Positions 1 to 12,084 of a stretch of 64,000 nucleotides of DNA are shown here, one piece after another. Within the stretch, counting starts at the first letter, position 1, and each line of letters opens with the position of its first letter. This DNA comes from Selaginella moellendorffii (lineage: Eukaryota > Plantae > Lycopodiophyta), in the NCBI RefSeq assembly GCF_000143415.4, contig NW_003314328.1, forward strand, positions 771,889 to 835,888. Reading direction: 5' to 3'. Under the pieces are notes generated by a model that was given only the letters and a program-made list of their open reading frames with translations, did no database searches and was not told where the DNA came from. The position numbers were made by a program, and so were the translations under genes.

Positions 1-682
1 GGAGGTGTCCACTAGCGCTTAGGCTTATAATGGCGTGTGCCCTCATGCCATTTATTTGATCACCAAATACCTTTTTCCCTTTGCACTAGTATATCTTAAT
101 ACCGGTCTGAGAAATAGAATGGCATGTGCCCTCAGGCCTTTTACTAAATCACCTTTGAAAGAAATGCAAGCCTCTATGTCGTAAAAAAAAGGTACTAGAG
201 AAATTCCTTAATAATATGAATGTTATTTAGTTTCATGAAAATACACTAAGGGTCAAATGAGTTAAATGACTTCTCCAGACTAGCAATGCCTCTTGCTACA
301 CCTTCACAATTAGATTCGTTAGAAAAAGATAACATTGAATAATATCTAAATGTTCTCACCATTAAGTTATATGTCTGGCTAATAGGAATGATGTTCATCT
401 TGGAAAGCTCACCACACGCTCAATGAACAAACAAATAGTGTGTGCGCGCATGCCATCGCTCTTCTTTAGTTTCAGATTCGGCTTGTTCACCTTGACAATG
501 AGATTTATTATACAACTAGATGGACTCAGTCTGGACATAAGGTCACCGCGCTAGTCACCATGCCCCAGATATGTCTAGCCCCTGGATAAAAAACATATAA
601 TTTCACGTCATTTTCAAATACTTGAAAATTTGTACCTAGTCTCATTTTACTGAATAAATCCCACTTTAACGAAATAGAGCAT
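1..682 (+). mobile_element. Right end of TIR DNA transposon, copy 1 (same family as 47606-62487)
   Basis: 1-680 aligns to 61806-62485 with about 22 substitutions by eye, nearly all transitions. It ends in TIR tcccactttaacgaaatagagc(at) and is followed directly by family-A LTR sequence. Confidence 0.92.
659..682 (-). repeat. Right terminal inverted repeat, copy 1
   Basis: tcccactttaacgaaatagagcat is the reverse complement of aagctctatttcgttaaagtggga with one mismatch near the tip. Confidence 0.88.
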
Positions 683-2377
683 CATTCACAACCTCCATAA
701 GTCCCATTCAGGACTTGGGACTTGCTAGTCCCAAGAATGGCATCCATGCCACTCAACCCTTGCATCTGGTCTAAGTGCTCCACGTGTTCGGTCTCAAGAC
801 CGACACCCAAAGGTGCCACTGATATATCGGCCTGTTATGCTAAGGCCATGCCCATTCACCTTTGCTGCACTAGTGGTCCAATACCACTTGCATCACAATC
901 CCGTCTCTCCAAGATTGGGCCATCCGTCCACGAGTGGTCATCCTATATCCACTCCTTAGCATCCTTAAGATGCCCACAGACATGGGGAATAGCCTTCCCT
1001 AATATCCCTTTGTCAGTTCCTACCAAGTCCCTTTTCTATCTATGGCCATGTTTGCCAACACTACCACTAGATCAAGGCCCACCGGCCCGACCACTAAGTC
1101 CCATGGTCTTCTGGGACTTCCTCACCATGTGACTGTATCCTTAGTAACTACACTAGAGGACTGTTCCTCCTCCTTTCCCCATTTGGGACTCCGGGACAAC
1201 ATTTTGGAACACCGTGGGCCTACGCGAGCCCCGTGGGTACTCTCCCCACCTTTCGCCTTTAGGTGCTCTAGCCATGGGCTTAGAGCGAGGTTCCGTTGAG
1301 CCACGCCTGGTATCCAAGTAGGTAGTGCCACCCACACTTGGACTGGGAGCATCGGCCAGTCGATCTCCCGGGGGAACTAGAGCCGGCTCTTGAACACTTC
1401 ACCAAGCTACCCTGCTTGTCGGTCCGTGTTCACTCTAGTCTTGGACTTCCCAGTGGGCAGCTCATCACCCAACACTGGGTCCGGCCTTCTTGGGCCAAAC
1501 TGGCCTTTCCTGGCCAAACTGGCTCGGACTCGGACTCGGGCTCGGGCTCGGTCTCGGCCTCGGCCTCGGTCTTGGTCTCAGTCCCGATCTCGGTCTCGGT
1601 CTCGGTCCCGGTCTTGGTCCTGGTCTCGGTCTCGACTTCGGACTCCATCTCGGGTCCAGCTCGGACTCCATCTCGGACTCCATCTTGGGTCCATCTCGGA
1701 CTCCATCTCGGGTCCATCTCGGACTCCATCTCGGACTCCATCTCGGGTCCATCTCGGGTCCATCTTGGGTCCATCTCGGACTCCATCTTGGGTCCATCTC
1801 GGACTCCATCTCGGACTCCATCTCGGACTCTATCTCGGACTCCATATCGGACTCCATATCGGACTCCACTTCGGGTCCATCTCGGACTCCATCTCGGACT
1901 CCACTTCAGGTCCATCTCGGACTCCATCTTGGACTCCACTTCGGGTCCATCTCGGACTCCACTTCAGGTCCATCTTGGACTCCACTTCAGACTCCATATC
2001 GGACTCCATATCGGACTCCACTTCGGGTCCATCTCGGACTCCACTTTGGACTCCATATCGGACTCCACTTCGGGTCCATCTCGGACTCCACTTCGGGTCC
2101 ATCTCGAACTCCAACTCAGGTCCGCCTCGGACTCTATCTCGGACACTTCCACGTGTCATGTGTTGGTCCTTTTTGGGTCCTTTTTTGGAGCCTTGCTTAT
2201 TGGTTGCCTTGTGCTTGCTCCTCGAGCACTTTGTTGGGAGTTCCACTCCCGCTCTCGACCTTCCAAGTCGGAGCTTTTAGTCCAAACGTGTTATGCTCGT
2301 TTGGCTTTCGCTTCGGCCACTACCACGTGGCACCCTTTCCGGCTCCACTTTGGGGCCTAGGCATTTTGTGTCTCACA
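683..2377 (-). mobile_element. Family-A LTR, truncated by the DNA transposon and itself inserted in gag of a family-B gypsy
   Basis: Reverse complement of the LTRs at 7596-9320 and 49006-50849. It ends ...gtgtctcaca at 2377, and the next bases (gctcgtggtgaggtgatgcg) are mid-gag sequence (ARGEVMRW) matching 44537-45904. Confidence 0.88.
1522..2142. repeat. LTR-internal mini/microsatellite: 6-bp GACTCG/GTCTCG units, then 11-12-bp GGACTCCATCTC/GGGTCCATCTC units
   Basis: Read directly. The same array with different unit numbers lies at about 7830-8320, 49240-49845 and 62515-62970, with a related array at 29960-30185. Confidence 0.9.
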
Positions 2378-3388
2378 GCTCGTGGTGAGGTGATGCGTTG
2401 GAACCTGACCAACTACAAGGAAGCGTTGGATGCGGCCATCAAGGTGCACTTCAACGATAACCTGTGAAAGGGGAACACGACGGGGTCGGGGTCCACGTTT
2501 AGGAAAGGGGCCAAACTAAGGGGAACGTATAGCAAAGGGAAATTCAAGAAGAGTTTCTCTAAGAATGAGTCCTCGAGGTTCTGGAAAGGCAAATCCGGTG
2601 GCTAGTGAGCAAATACGTAGGGAAGTCAAGCAAAAAGAGACAAACTCATGGATAAAAAGGTCAAGTTGTTTAGTAGCGTGGGAAACAACATATGTTACAA
2701 TTGTGGTGAAGCGGGACACTTTTCAAAGGAATGTCCCTACCCGAAAAAGGCCAGAACCAATATGGCCATTAAGTTAGGTGAAATCCAAAATGTAGTATGT
2801 GATTCAGTCCCTAGCTTAAAGTTACTCATTACACAAGCAACTTTGGTAGAGAGTCGTTCGCGACATCTACTAGCCTTCTGAGGGAAGTTCGGAGGGAGCT
2901 TTGTTAAGATCCTTATTGACACGAGTGCTTCGGATAATTTTGTGGCTGCAGACATAGTCCGGCAAGCCGGACTAACGGTGTAACGGCTGGGTGAACCAAG
3001 GACTATAGAGTTTGTTCAAGGTAGCCAAAGCACCGATGAGGTACTTTGACAAGCGAGAGTTAAAATAGGGACATGGAAAGTAGACATGGACTTCACCGTG
3101 TTGGACATGGTGGGATTTGATGTGATCTTCGGGATGGATTGGTTCAATCGATTTGTGGTAGCCTTGCATGGACAAGGTAGGAACTTTGTGGTACTAGCGA
3201 ATGCCCAAAGAAGAAGATCTAGGGTGGAGGTCCAGGATCTAAAGGTAAAACAATGCACAAGAGGACAACTCACTAAAGGAACCAAGGCAGCATTTTTGTG
3301 CTTACTCTCGATGAAAAGTGACAAAAAGACGAGAACGGAAGTAGTACCTTTAGTGATCCAGCGAGTGTTGGACTAACTCCAGGATACC

Positions 3389-4858
3389 ATGCCGGAGGAG
3401 CTACCGGTGGGGTTGCCCCCCACACAACCGATAGAACATAAGATTGAGCTGGTCGAGGGTGCTGAGGTGGTGGTTCATCCCCCCTATTGTTTGAATGAAA
3501 AAGAACTCGAGGAGCTTAAGCGCCAACTAGAGGAGTTGATAGACCAAGGGTATGTTAGGTTGAGCAAGTTGCCATATGGGGCGCCGGTGTTATTTGTGAA
3601 AAAGAAAGATGGATCTATGCGCATGTGCATAGAATACCGGTTGCTCAACAAGTATACAAAGAAGAACAAGTACCCTTTGCCAAGGATTAAGGACCTGTTC
3701 GATAGGTTGGGAAAAGAAAAATACTTCTCAAGGATTAACCTAAGGTTAGAATATTACCAGATCAGGGTAGCAGAGGAAGATGTTGAGAAGACAACTTGTC
3801 GAACAAGGTATGGGGGTTTTGAGTTTCTGGTGGTGCCCTTCAGGCTATGCAATGTGCCGACAACGTTTTCGGCGTTGATGAACCACATCTTTGTACCCTA
3901 TCTAGATCACTTTGCGGTCGTCTATATTGACGACATCTTGATCTATAGCGAAACGCTAAAGGAGCATGCCGAACACTTGACAAAGGTGTTTGAGAAACTA
4001 AAAGAACACCAACTGTATGTTAAAGAGAGCAAATGTGATTTTGCTCAACAAGAAGTAAAGTTTCTCAGGCATGTGGTGGGCAAGGACGGGCTCAAGGTGG
4101 ACCCTGAGAAGGTCCAAGCGATCCAACCATCGAATGTACATAAGTTAAGGGCATTCTTGGGGCTATGCAACTACTACCGAAATTTTATTAAATACTATTC
4201 GAGAGTAGCCCTACCCTTAACGGACCAAACGGGAAAAGGGAAGATGGTATGGACAGCGGAATGCGAGGTGGCATTTTTCCACCTCAAAGGGAAGTTGAGG
4301 AAGGCTCCCGTGTTGGCGTTACCAGACTTTGGTAAGGACTTTAAGGTAGAAATGAATGCTTCAGACTTTGTGTTGGGCGCAGTTTTGAAGCAAGACAACC
4401 ATCCAGTAGCATTCTTCTTGAAAAAGTTAGACAAGGCTCAAAGGAAGTGGCCTGCTCACGAGAAGGAATTGTTTGTGGTGGTCAAGGCGCTCAAAGAGTG
4501 GCAACACTACCTTGGGAGACACTTCAAGGTTTACACGGACAATGTGGCAACGAAACACTTTTTGTCACAGCCCGATCTGAGAGGGAAACAAGGTCGGTGG
4601 GCCAATGCTTTGGCTGAGTTTGATTGTGAGATTCTGTACAAGCCTGGGAAGAGCAACATTGTGGCAGATGTGCTAAGTCAAAAAGTGAGCTTGAAGTTGG
4701 CGATATCCAGTGCAACAGCAACCTTTTGGGATGATGTGCGGACAGCATATGAGAACGATGGTCTAGCACAAGAAGTGTTGCTGAGGAATTTAGAGGCACA
4801 GGAAGCTCACCAGAGAGGTGAGCTGCCAACGGAAGAGAAAACAGGTTATGCGGAATGA
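3389..4858 (+). pseudogene. Gypsy pol fragment: reverse transcriptase + RNase H
   Basis: ORF 489 aa with [30 protein letters not shown] and [11 protein letters not shown]...EKELFVVV motifs. Confidence 0.93.
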
Positions 4859-6117
4859 AACGGACTCATTTATTACAAACAAATAAGGGTGTATGTTCAA
4901 GAAGGGGAACTAAGGAAGGTAGCCTTAGAAGAGTGTCATGACAGACCTCTTGTGGGACACAGTGGAGTGCCCAAAATGATGGGTTTACTCAAAAGGAAGT
5001 AGCATTGGCCAAATATAGCTAAGGGTATCCAAGACTATGTAAAGACATGTCCAACATGTCAATAGGTCAAAGCCGTGACTAAGGCTAGTGGGGGCTTGTT
5101 ACAAAGCATCCCAATTCCAGATCGTCCGTAGAAATGTCTGACAATGGACTTCATCACAGGACTCCCCCCAAGTGAAGGGTTTGATGCGATATTCGTGGTG
5201 GTGGACCGATTTTCGAAGATGGCACATTTCATACCCACCACAACGGAAGTGGATGCGGAAGGTGTGGTGAAGCTCTTCTTCGAACAAGTAGTTCGAGTGC
5301 GGGAAAGGCCAAAAGAGATCATTTGAAACCGAGATAAGATCTTCACCAACAGATTCTGGAGAACTCTCCTGGAACAGTACCGCACCAAGTTGAAATTCAG
5401 CACAGCCTATCACCCATATACAGGTATTGGGTATTAAGTCAAGTTGGATGGCACTAACACTTCTTGACAGATGGACAAACGAAAAGGGTGAATAGGTAGC
5501 TAAAAGATTATTTGTGATGTTATGTCTCGGGAGACCAGACCAATTGGGTAAGTCATTTGGGACTTGCGGAAATGTGTTATAACAACTCACCACATTCGAG
5601 TATCGGGGTGAGTCCATGGGAAGTCATCAATGGGTGAGCTATTGAAGGTCCTGTGGAACTCGGCGTGGCCGAGTATTATGGAGAGTTACCTGCAATGGAG
5701 ACATTCACGGCAGAAAGACTCAACATTTGGAATCTAGTAAGGAATTCCTTAGAATGAGCTCAACAAAGGCAAACCAAGTATGCGAACCAGAAGCGCCAGG
5801 ACATAGAGTTCCATGCTGGGGAGAAGATGTGGCTGAACACCAAGAACTTCAAGCTACCAAGTGGGATCAGCCGGAAGTTGATGCAAAGGTAAAAATGTAT
5901 GTATTCCTGTAAATGAATTGATGTTGAGTTCCTTAAGCAGGTTTGCAAGGCCTTATGAGATTTAGGCACGAATCGGTAAAGTGGTTTACCGTCTCCGACT
6001 TCCTTGAGAAATAGGGAAGATGCACCCAGTGTTCCACGTGAACTTACTCAAGCCGTACTTTGAGGATCCACTTCGCAAGGACCAAGTAAGACCTTTACCT
6101 GAGGTTATCCAAAGGCA

Positions 6118-6290
6118 AGAGGAATACGAAGTCGAGGCCATCATCAATGCACGCAAGAGTAAGTGACAAGGATGTGAGGTAAGAGAGTTTTATGTGAAGT
6201 GGAAAGGATTTCCACACTGCGAAGCAACATGGGAACCGGAGGAGAACCTAGTGAACGTGCGAGATCTAGTGGAGGAATTTCTGCAAGGTA
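6118..6290 (+). pseudogene. Integrase-linked chromodomain
   Basis: Hand translation EEYEVEAII...FYVKWKGFPHCEATWEPEENL is a canonical chromodomain signature; one in-frame stop. Confidence 0.85.
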
Positions 6291-6414
6291 AAACTCTATG
6301 TACTTATGCAAAGTTCAATTAAAGTATCAATTTGTGAAGTTGAGCAATGGCATATGTTAGGACCCGAAGGTGTGCTAACAGTAAGCTAATTAGCATGGGT
6401 TAGCTAGGTCGACC

Positions 6415-6650
6415 AGGCGTAGGGAACTACACCTGACTCCCTGCGGGGATGTCGAATCCGTAGACGTATTCTACGGAGGTTGGGTTCGAGTCCCAACCCC
6501 CTAATAAAGCAATGCTGGGTTCAAGTCCTGACCCCATACTAGGGCGTGGTGAGGTGAGGAGTATAGAGACATCTATACTCCGTTGTCATGGGCTCTTGGC
6601 CAGGGAGGCTAACTTAGGCACACCGCTAAGTGGGGGGATGCTCTCGGAGA
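6415..6650 (+). other. Conserved multi-hairpin 3'-UTR element of family B (homolog at 11790-12006)
   Basis: Hairpins tccgtaga-cgtat-tctacgga, ggttggg-ttcgagt-cccaacc and ggagtataga-gaca-tctatactcc, kept with different stem sequence in the family-A internal region. Confidence 0.6.
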
Positions 6651-6876
6651 CATGGTCAACAAGTCGTAGGATAAAATGAGATGTTCGATGTGGGCATCGA
6701 ACTTCTTTTATGGGTGGTGGAGTTGTAAGGAACCAACTCCCCGAGGTGTCTTAGGCTAAAGGATCCCCAAAAGCATGACCAAACTGACAAAGAGTTCATC
6801 GGATTGGACCGAGTCTGAGATCGAGTCCAAGATTGACTCTGAGACCGAGTTCGTGATAGAGTTCGGGATCGAGTCT

Positions 6877-7595
6877 ACGTGGAGCCACAAGTTGACTTTA
6901 AGTCGCATGAATCGTTGGGAGGAGGACGCTTGCCCTCGCGGCACCAGATCCTCTGACGGGGATCTCTCCACTCATGCTCGTTCTGGGGACGGGGAGCGTA
7001 GGACCATGTGTTCTCCACCCCATAGGTCTCTTGTCATCTCAGGCAAAGCTTGTCCGTCCCTCGATGCTTCTTCCCTGCGCTTTGACACTCTGTCAGACTG
7101 TCTCTTAGATGTTCCTCCTTGAGCTGAGGGGCTTCTTTTCTTTTTTCCCGTTCCTGCATCGGCTTAGAGGGTGTTGTTGCAGCTGGGGGTGTCGTCCTAG
7201 TTTCCTAGATATGGATCGGGTGCACTTTCCCCATGATCTAGATCTTGTTAGGGATTGGCGCCTTCCCAGTGTACAAAACGTGGATGAGCTGATCCCCTGA
7301 CTCCTCCCTCGTCGCCTGTTTCCCTAGGTACTGAGCGAAGCCCTCCACCATCATTGCCAGGAACATCGGGGTGTTGTCTATCTCACACAGGTCCTCGACG
7401 AGTAGATCCAGCTCCATTGTTGGGCGGTGAACCAAGTCCTTCTGGCTTGGAGAGAATCCTAGCGGAAATTTGTAAAAGAACAACTCATGTGTTGGTCTCA
7501 TCACCCTCTACTTGAGGACTAGGGGTTGCTAGTTTTTCTCTGTGCTCACCTCCACGCTGTAGTAGTTCCGGCCGAGGAACGTGACTGGTCTCCTC
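6877..7595 (-). pseudogene. LINE ORF1-like fragment
   Basis: Minus-strand translation FLGRNYYSVEV...ELFFYKFPLGFSP resembles the RRM/DUF4283-like part of plant L1 ORF1; contains stops. Confidence 0.4.
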
Positions 7596-9320
7596 TGTGA
7601 GACACAAAATCCCTAGGCCCCAAAGTGGAGCCGAAAGGGTGCCACATGGTAGTGGCCGAAGCGAAAGCCAAATGAGCGTAACATGTTTAGACTAAAAGCT
7701 CTGACTTGAAAAGGTCGAGAGTGGGAGTGGAACTCCCAACGAAGTGCTCGAGGAATGAGCACGAAGCGAGCAATAAGCGAGGCTCCTAAAAGGGACCCAA
7801 AAGGACCAACACATGACACGTGGAAGTGTCCGAGATGGACCCGAGTTGGAGTCTGAAGTGGAGTTCGAGAAGGACCCCGAGATGGAGTCTGAGGTGGACC
7901 CAAAATGGATCCGAGATTGAGTCCGAAACGGACCCTAGATGGAGTCCGAGATGGAGCCGAAATAGACCTGAGATGGAGTCCGAGATGGACCCGAGATGGA
8001 GTCCGAGATGGACCCGAGGTGGAGTCCGAGATGGAGTCCGAGATGGACCCGAGGTGGAGTCCGAGATGGACCCGAGATGAAGTCCAAAATGGAGTCCGAG
8101 ATGGAGTCCGAGATGGAGTCTGAGATGGACCCGAGATGGAGTCCGAGATGGACCCGAGATGGAGTCCGAGATGGACCCGAGATGGAGTCCAAAGTCGAGA
8201 CCGAGACCGGGACCGAGACCGGGACCGAGACCGAGACCGAGACAGGACCGAGGCCAAGACCGAGACCAAGGCCGAGTCCGAGTCCGAGTCTAAGTCCGAG
8301 TCCGAGTCCGAGTCCAAGTCTGAGAGGGTGAAAGCCCAAAGCGTTCATCTCCCAAACCCTAGGGGGTTTGGTGAGCTCCAAAAGTATAGTAAGGGGGAGG
8401 ACTGCAATGGAGCCAGTTTGGCTAGGAAAGGCCAGTTTGGCCCAGGAAGGCCAGACCCAGTGTTGGGTGATAAGCTGCCCACTGGGAAGTCCAAGACTAG
8501 AGTGAACACGGACCAACAAGCGGGGTAGCTTGGTGAAGTGTTCAAGAGCCGGCTCTAGTTCCCCCGGGAGATCGATTGGCCGATGCTCCCAGTCTAAGTG
8601 TGGGTGGCACTACCTACTTGGATACCTGTCATGGCTCAACGGAACCTCGCTCTAAGCCCATGGCTAGAGCACCTAAAGGCGAAAGGCAAGGAGAGTACCC
8701 ATGAGGCTTGCGTAAGGCCACGGTGTTCCGAAATGTTGTCCCAAAGTCCCAAACGGTGAAAGGGAAGAGAAGTAGGCTTCTAATGCAATGACTAAGGATA
8801 CGGTCACATGGTGAAGAAGTCCCAAAGGATAGTGGGACTTAGCGGTTGGGCCTGCGGGCCTTGATCTAGTGGCAGTGTTGGCGAACACGGCCATGGACTA
8901 AAAGGGACTTGGTGGGGATTGGAAAAGAGTTGTCGGAGAAGACTATTCCCCATGTCTGTGGGCATCCTAAGGATGCTAAGGAGTAGATCTGGGATGATCA
9001 CTCATGGATGGATGGCCTAGTCTTTGAGAGACGGGACTATGATGCAGGTGGTGTTAGACCACCGGTGTGACCAAGGTCAATGGGCATGGCCTTAGCATAA
9101 TGGGCCGATATGTCGGGGGTACCTTGGGGTGTCAGTTATGGGATCAGACACGTGGAGCACTTGGACCAAGTGCAAATGTGGAGTGGCATGGATGCCATTC
9201 TCGGGGCTAGCAAGCCCCAAGCCCTAATTGGGACTTATGGAGGTTGTGAATGAGACTCCTCTAAGTGGTCGGAGGTGCGGTGAAGTGACTAGAGTAAAAT
9301 GGAAAAATTAGTCGCTTACA
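7596..9320 (+). mobile_element. Family-A 5' LTR (TG...CA, ~1.7 kb)
   Basis: tgtgagacac...gtcgcttaca, homologous over its length to the solo LTR at 49006-50849 and followed by a PBS. Confidence 0.92.
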
Positions 9321-12080
9321 ATTTGGTATTGGAGCTGTTTTTTAGTCCGACTTTTATTGGTGCTCAAGTATATCACCATTGGTGTTGGCATTGGAAGGTC
9401 CGAGGAGTGGGCCTATCCTTGAGGAGTAGCAGGTCGGGAAGACATGGCTCTCCATTACAGTTCATGTGGGAATTTGTAGACAAGGTGGTGAAGAGAAAAG
9501 GGCCAATAATGGAATGACTTTGGGATCTTGGGGATAGTGTAAGGTTTTTCTCATTGAGTTGAGGAGGTGATCCAGATGAGTGTTTGACTCAGCAAATTGG
9601 CTAATGTAATTGTGGTAAACAACTATAGTTGGGATCACGGGGAAGATAAAAACTCCAAAAACAATAAAGGAGTCACAAGATTATCCTCACATAATTAAGG
9701 CTGGTGCTCATGAAGGTGAGACCGGAATGGATGACCGTGAGAGGTCAAGTATGGACGAGGACACGAGTCCTTGAAGTGGTAGCCAATGTTACCTTTTATA
9801 AATGCTGGAATAAACCCAAGGAATTGAGGGTGCGCTCAAAGGATGAGTCAGTATTCTCATCATATGGATGGGTAGTCCTAAAGGACAAAGGTAGCCCACA
9901 GAGAATAGAAAATAATAAAGTGTTAGAGTGACATTTGCAAAGACGGTCCTTATGAATAGGACATAAATACACGAAGTTGTATTCCAGTGTGCTGGCACCT
10001 CAAAAATAGGACCTTATGGGTCATTGGATTGGCAAAGTCCGAAAATGCTAGATGACTCAAGTAGAGTCAAGGGATGATCCTGAAGGATTGGTAAAATCAT
10101 TTAGACTGAGGTGTGTGGTGCCCCATGAAGGATGGGGAGGATCTTAAGACCCAAGTATGAGAACAGTACATATCTCATTGATGGAAGAAGGTGCCATGCT
10201 AAAGTCGTAGGAAAGAATTTCCCGGAAGAAAACAACTTTGACACAAAGTTGTGCGTGGACTCTATGGTGCAATGCTAATGGATAATTGGCATAAGAGACT
10301 GGCAAAAAGACCTAGACACAAGTAAGAAGTGTCATAAAGGTAGGCTCGTGGAGCCGATGGTGTGGAGACACTGAAGGTGCCAAGGTGTGCTACCTTGAGG
10401 TCAAGTTGGCGAGTTTATGAAAACCCCTTCCAAAGGAATCCCAATGGAAATGGGAATAGTATAGCCTATGTTGGAAGGTATGTGGTTAGAGTGTGGTGAC
10501 CCAGATAATGATGGAGGTGTGGAAGCACCAGCAATGAGTTGTAGGACTTGACAACTATAAGGCAACTAAGCAAAATGTGCAAAATAAATCGTTAAACTGG
10601 TAGAAGGCAGCTACCTAAAACTTCTTGTTGGGATAAAGAAGTTAGATATACCCTTATAGGGGAGGAATTCCTTATGTTATGATATAGTAAGTCAATGTCG
10701 TAAAGGAAATGCTCATTGTCAAAGAAACCATTATTGGGACACCAAAGCACTCTGGAACACCAGGAGGTGGTGTTTGGTGCCGTGAGGGCACGGATAAGGC
10801 CTAAGGGACAAAGTCCCTAGTGAATGATGGATAGGAGGTGCTATCCAAATGTCCAAGGTTGCGGAGACGGGGGAAGTCCGTCTACCCGAATAAGACAAAA
10901 CCAAAAAGGGATTTTGGCAAGGCTAATGATGGGCATATAAAAGCCCATAAGTAGCAACGATAATCCTAGGGTATGGGATTACAAGGTGAGCAAACCTAGA
11001 TTGAGGAACCACTTCTAGGCTGTTAGGTAGGTTCATCCCTATGAATACTTGCCAAAGCATGGTAGAAAGTGCAAAGTTATCTTCCTAGTCTGGAAGAGAA
11101 TGACCGAAGGAAATGTATGAGGCCAAAAGGCAAGTAGTAAAGGGATAGAACCGAACCATAGGAATTGACAGGCATGACCAAGGGTGGTTATGCAAGTTGG
11201 GAGTGGAGAATCAAGTGGGTGCTCAAGCATATTGTTATTAGGATGCCATGGAGAGTCAAAAAAATGGGATTGTCCATGTTAGACTATATAGCAATTGGAA
11301 AGCTTGCGAAAGGAGAGGCCTTAGCAAGCTAAAGGGACAGAGTTCCTTCGAAAGGTTCCTAAAGACAATTTTAGGTAGCTGGATACCTAAAAAGCCAAGT
11401 GTAAATGGTTCATAGAACGCACGAAATCAGAGTGGCGCAACAGAAGCATGGTCTTGAAGCTTGCCATGAAGCGAGGTTATCAAGGTTGGGTAAGTAGTTC
11501 CCGAGTGTTCAAAGAGAGGGCTTTGAACGAAAGTCAATGATTGAGGACTTTCATGCTTATGCATGAACCATGTTACGGTGGCCGGATAACTTGCTAAGTG
11601 AGATTGGCAAGTCGGGGGAACGAATACCCTAGTTGAAGGACCAACTTCAAAGGGGTGGCCCATGGGGCCAAGCATGGAGGAGTCCATGCATGATCACAGA
11701 CATGTCAAGTGAGAGGACTCGGTAGTGCGGAGGAACTAGGTTCTTAAGTTGTGATCTATAGTGCGCTTTAAATATAAGTTGGTGCACCGGTGTGGGGAGT
11801 CACGCCAGGCATCCTGGGTGATGCCGTCCGTAGATGCATATACGGAGGTTGGGTTCGAGTCCCGACCCTCTAGTACTTGAGTTCGAGTCCCAACTCACTA
11901 GGGCGTGGTGATGGTTTGGAATATGAGGACACTCATATTTCGGTGGTCATGGACTCTCAGTGGGGAGACTGGTTTGGGCACACCGCCAAGCGAGGGATGC
12001 CTCGGAGTCGTGATGCACAGTTAAATTGCTTAGTGTGAAAGCTTAGCATATCTACCTTGAACGCTTTGGTGTAAGTGGCA
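9321..12080 (+). mobile_element. Non-coding internal region of a family-A element (LARD-like), 3' LTR missing
   Basis: Follows LTR and PBS, has no recognisable gag/pol ORF over 2.7 kb, and ends with the 3'-UTR block shared with family B. Confidence 0.65.
9324..9335 (+). promoter_or_regulatory. Primer-binding site (initiator tRNA-Met type)
   Basis: tggtattggagc 3 nt after the LTR; the consensus is tggtatcagagc. Confidence 0.75.
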
Positions 12081-12084
12081 CCAA

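Larger units (their letters stand above)
2378..6876 (+). mobile_element. Ty3/gypsy chromovirus (family B), decayed: gag C-term, PR, RT, RH, IN, chromodomain, PPT, partial 3' LTR
   Basis: Zinc knuckle CYNCGEAGHFSKEC (~2690-2735), protease LIDTSA (~2910), RT YIDD, RNase H, integrase MDFITGLP, purine tract gggtggtggagt 6712-6723, LTR start tgtaagg at 6724. Several stops and frameshifts. Confidence 0.92.

Noticed and set aside
1-682. 1-682 matching 61806-62487 and 47606-48517 matching 63089-64000 read as a segmental or tandem duplication
   Set aside because: Similarity stops exactly at the TIRs and the flanks differ, so these are independent transposon insertions.
737-752. atggcatccatgccac in family-A LTRs resembling the element's palindrome half-sites, as a possible targeting signal
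   Set aside because: It lacks the 6-bp spacer geometry, and the copy 2 and copy 3 insertion sites are far from the equivalent position; may be chance.
1338-2467. Long overlapping ORFs (296-340 aa) with SR/GLHL/DSIS repeats, also at 7613-8528, 48961-50126 and 62331-63134
   Set aside because: They arise from stop-poor LTR minisatellites open in several frames on both strands; not real SR proteins.
6478-6535. GGTTCGAGTCCC motifs suggesting tRNA genes (also 11848-11895)
   Set aside because: No D-arm, anticodon arm or acceptor stem could be built; the motifs are tandem hairpins in a retroelement UTR. No hammerhead core was seen either.
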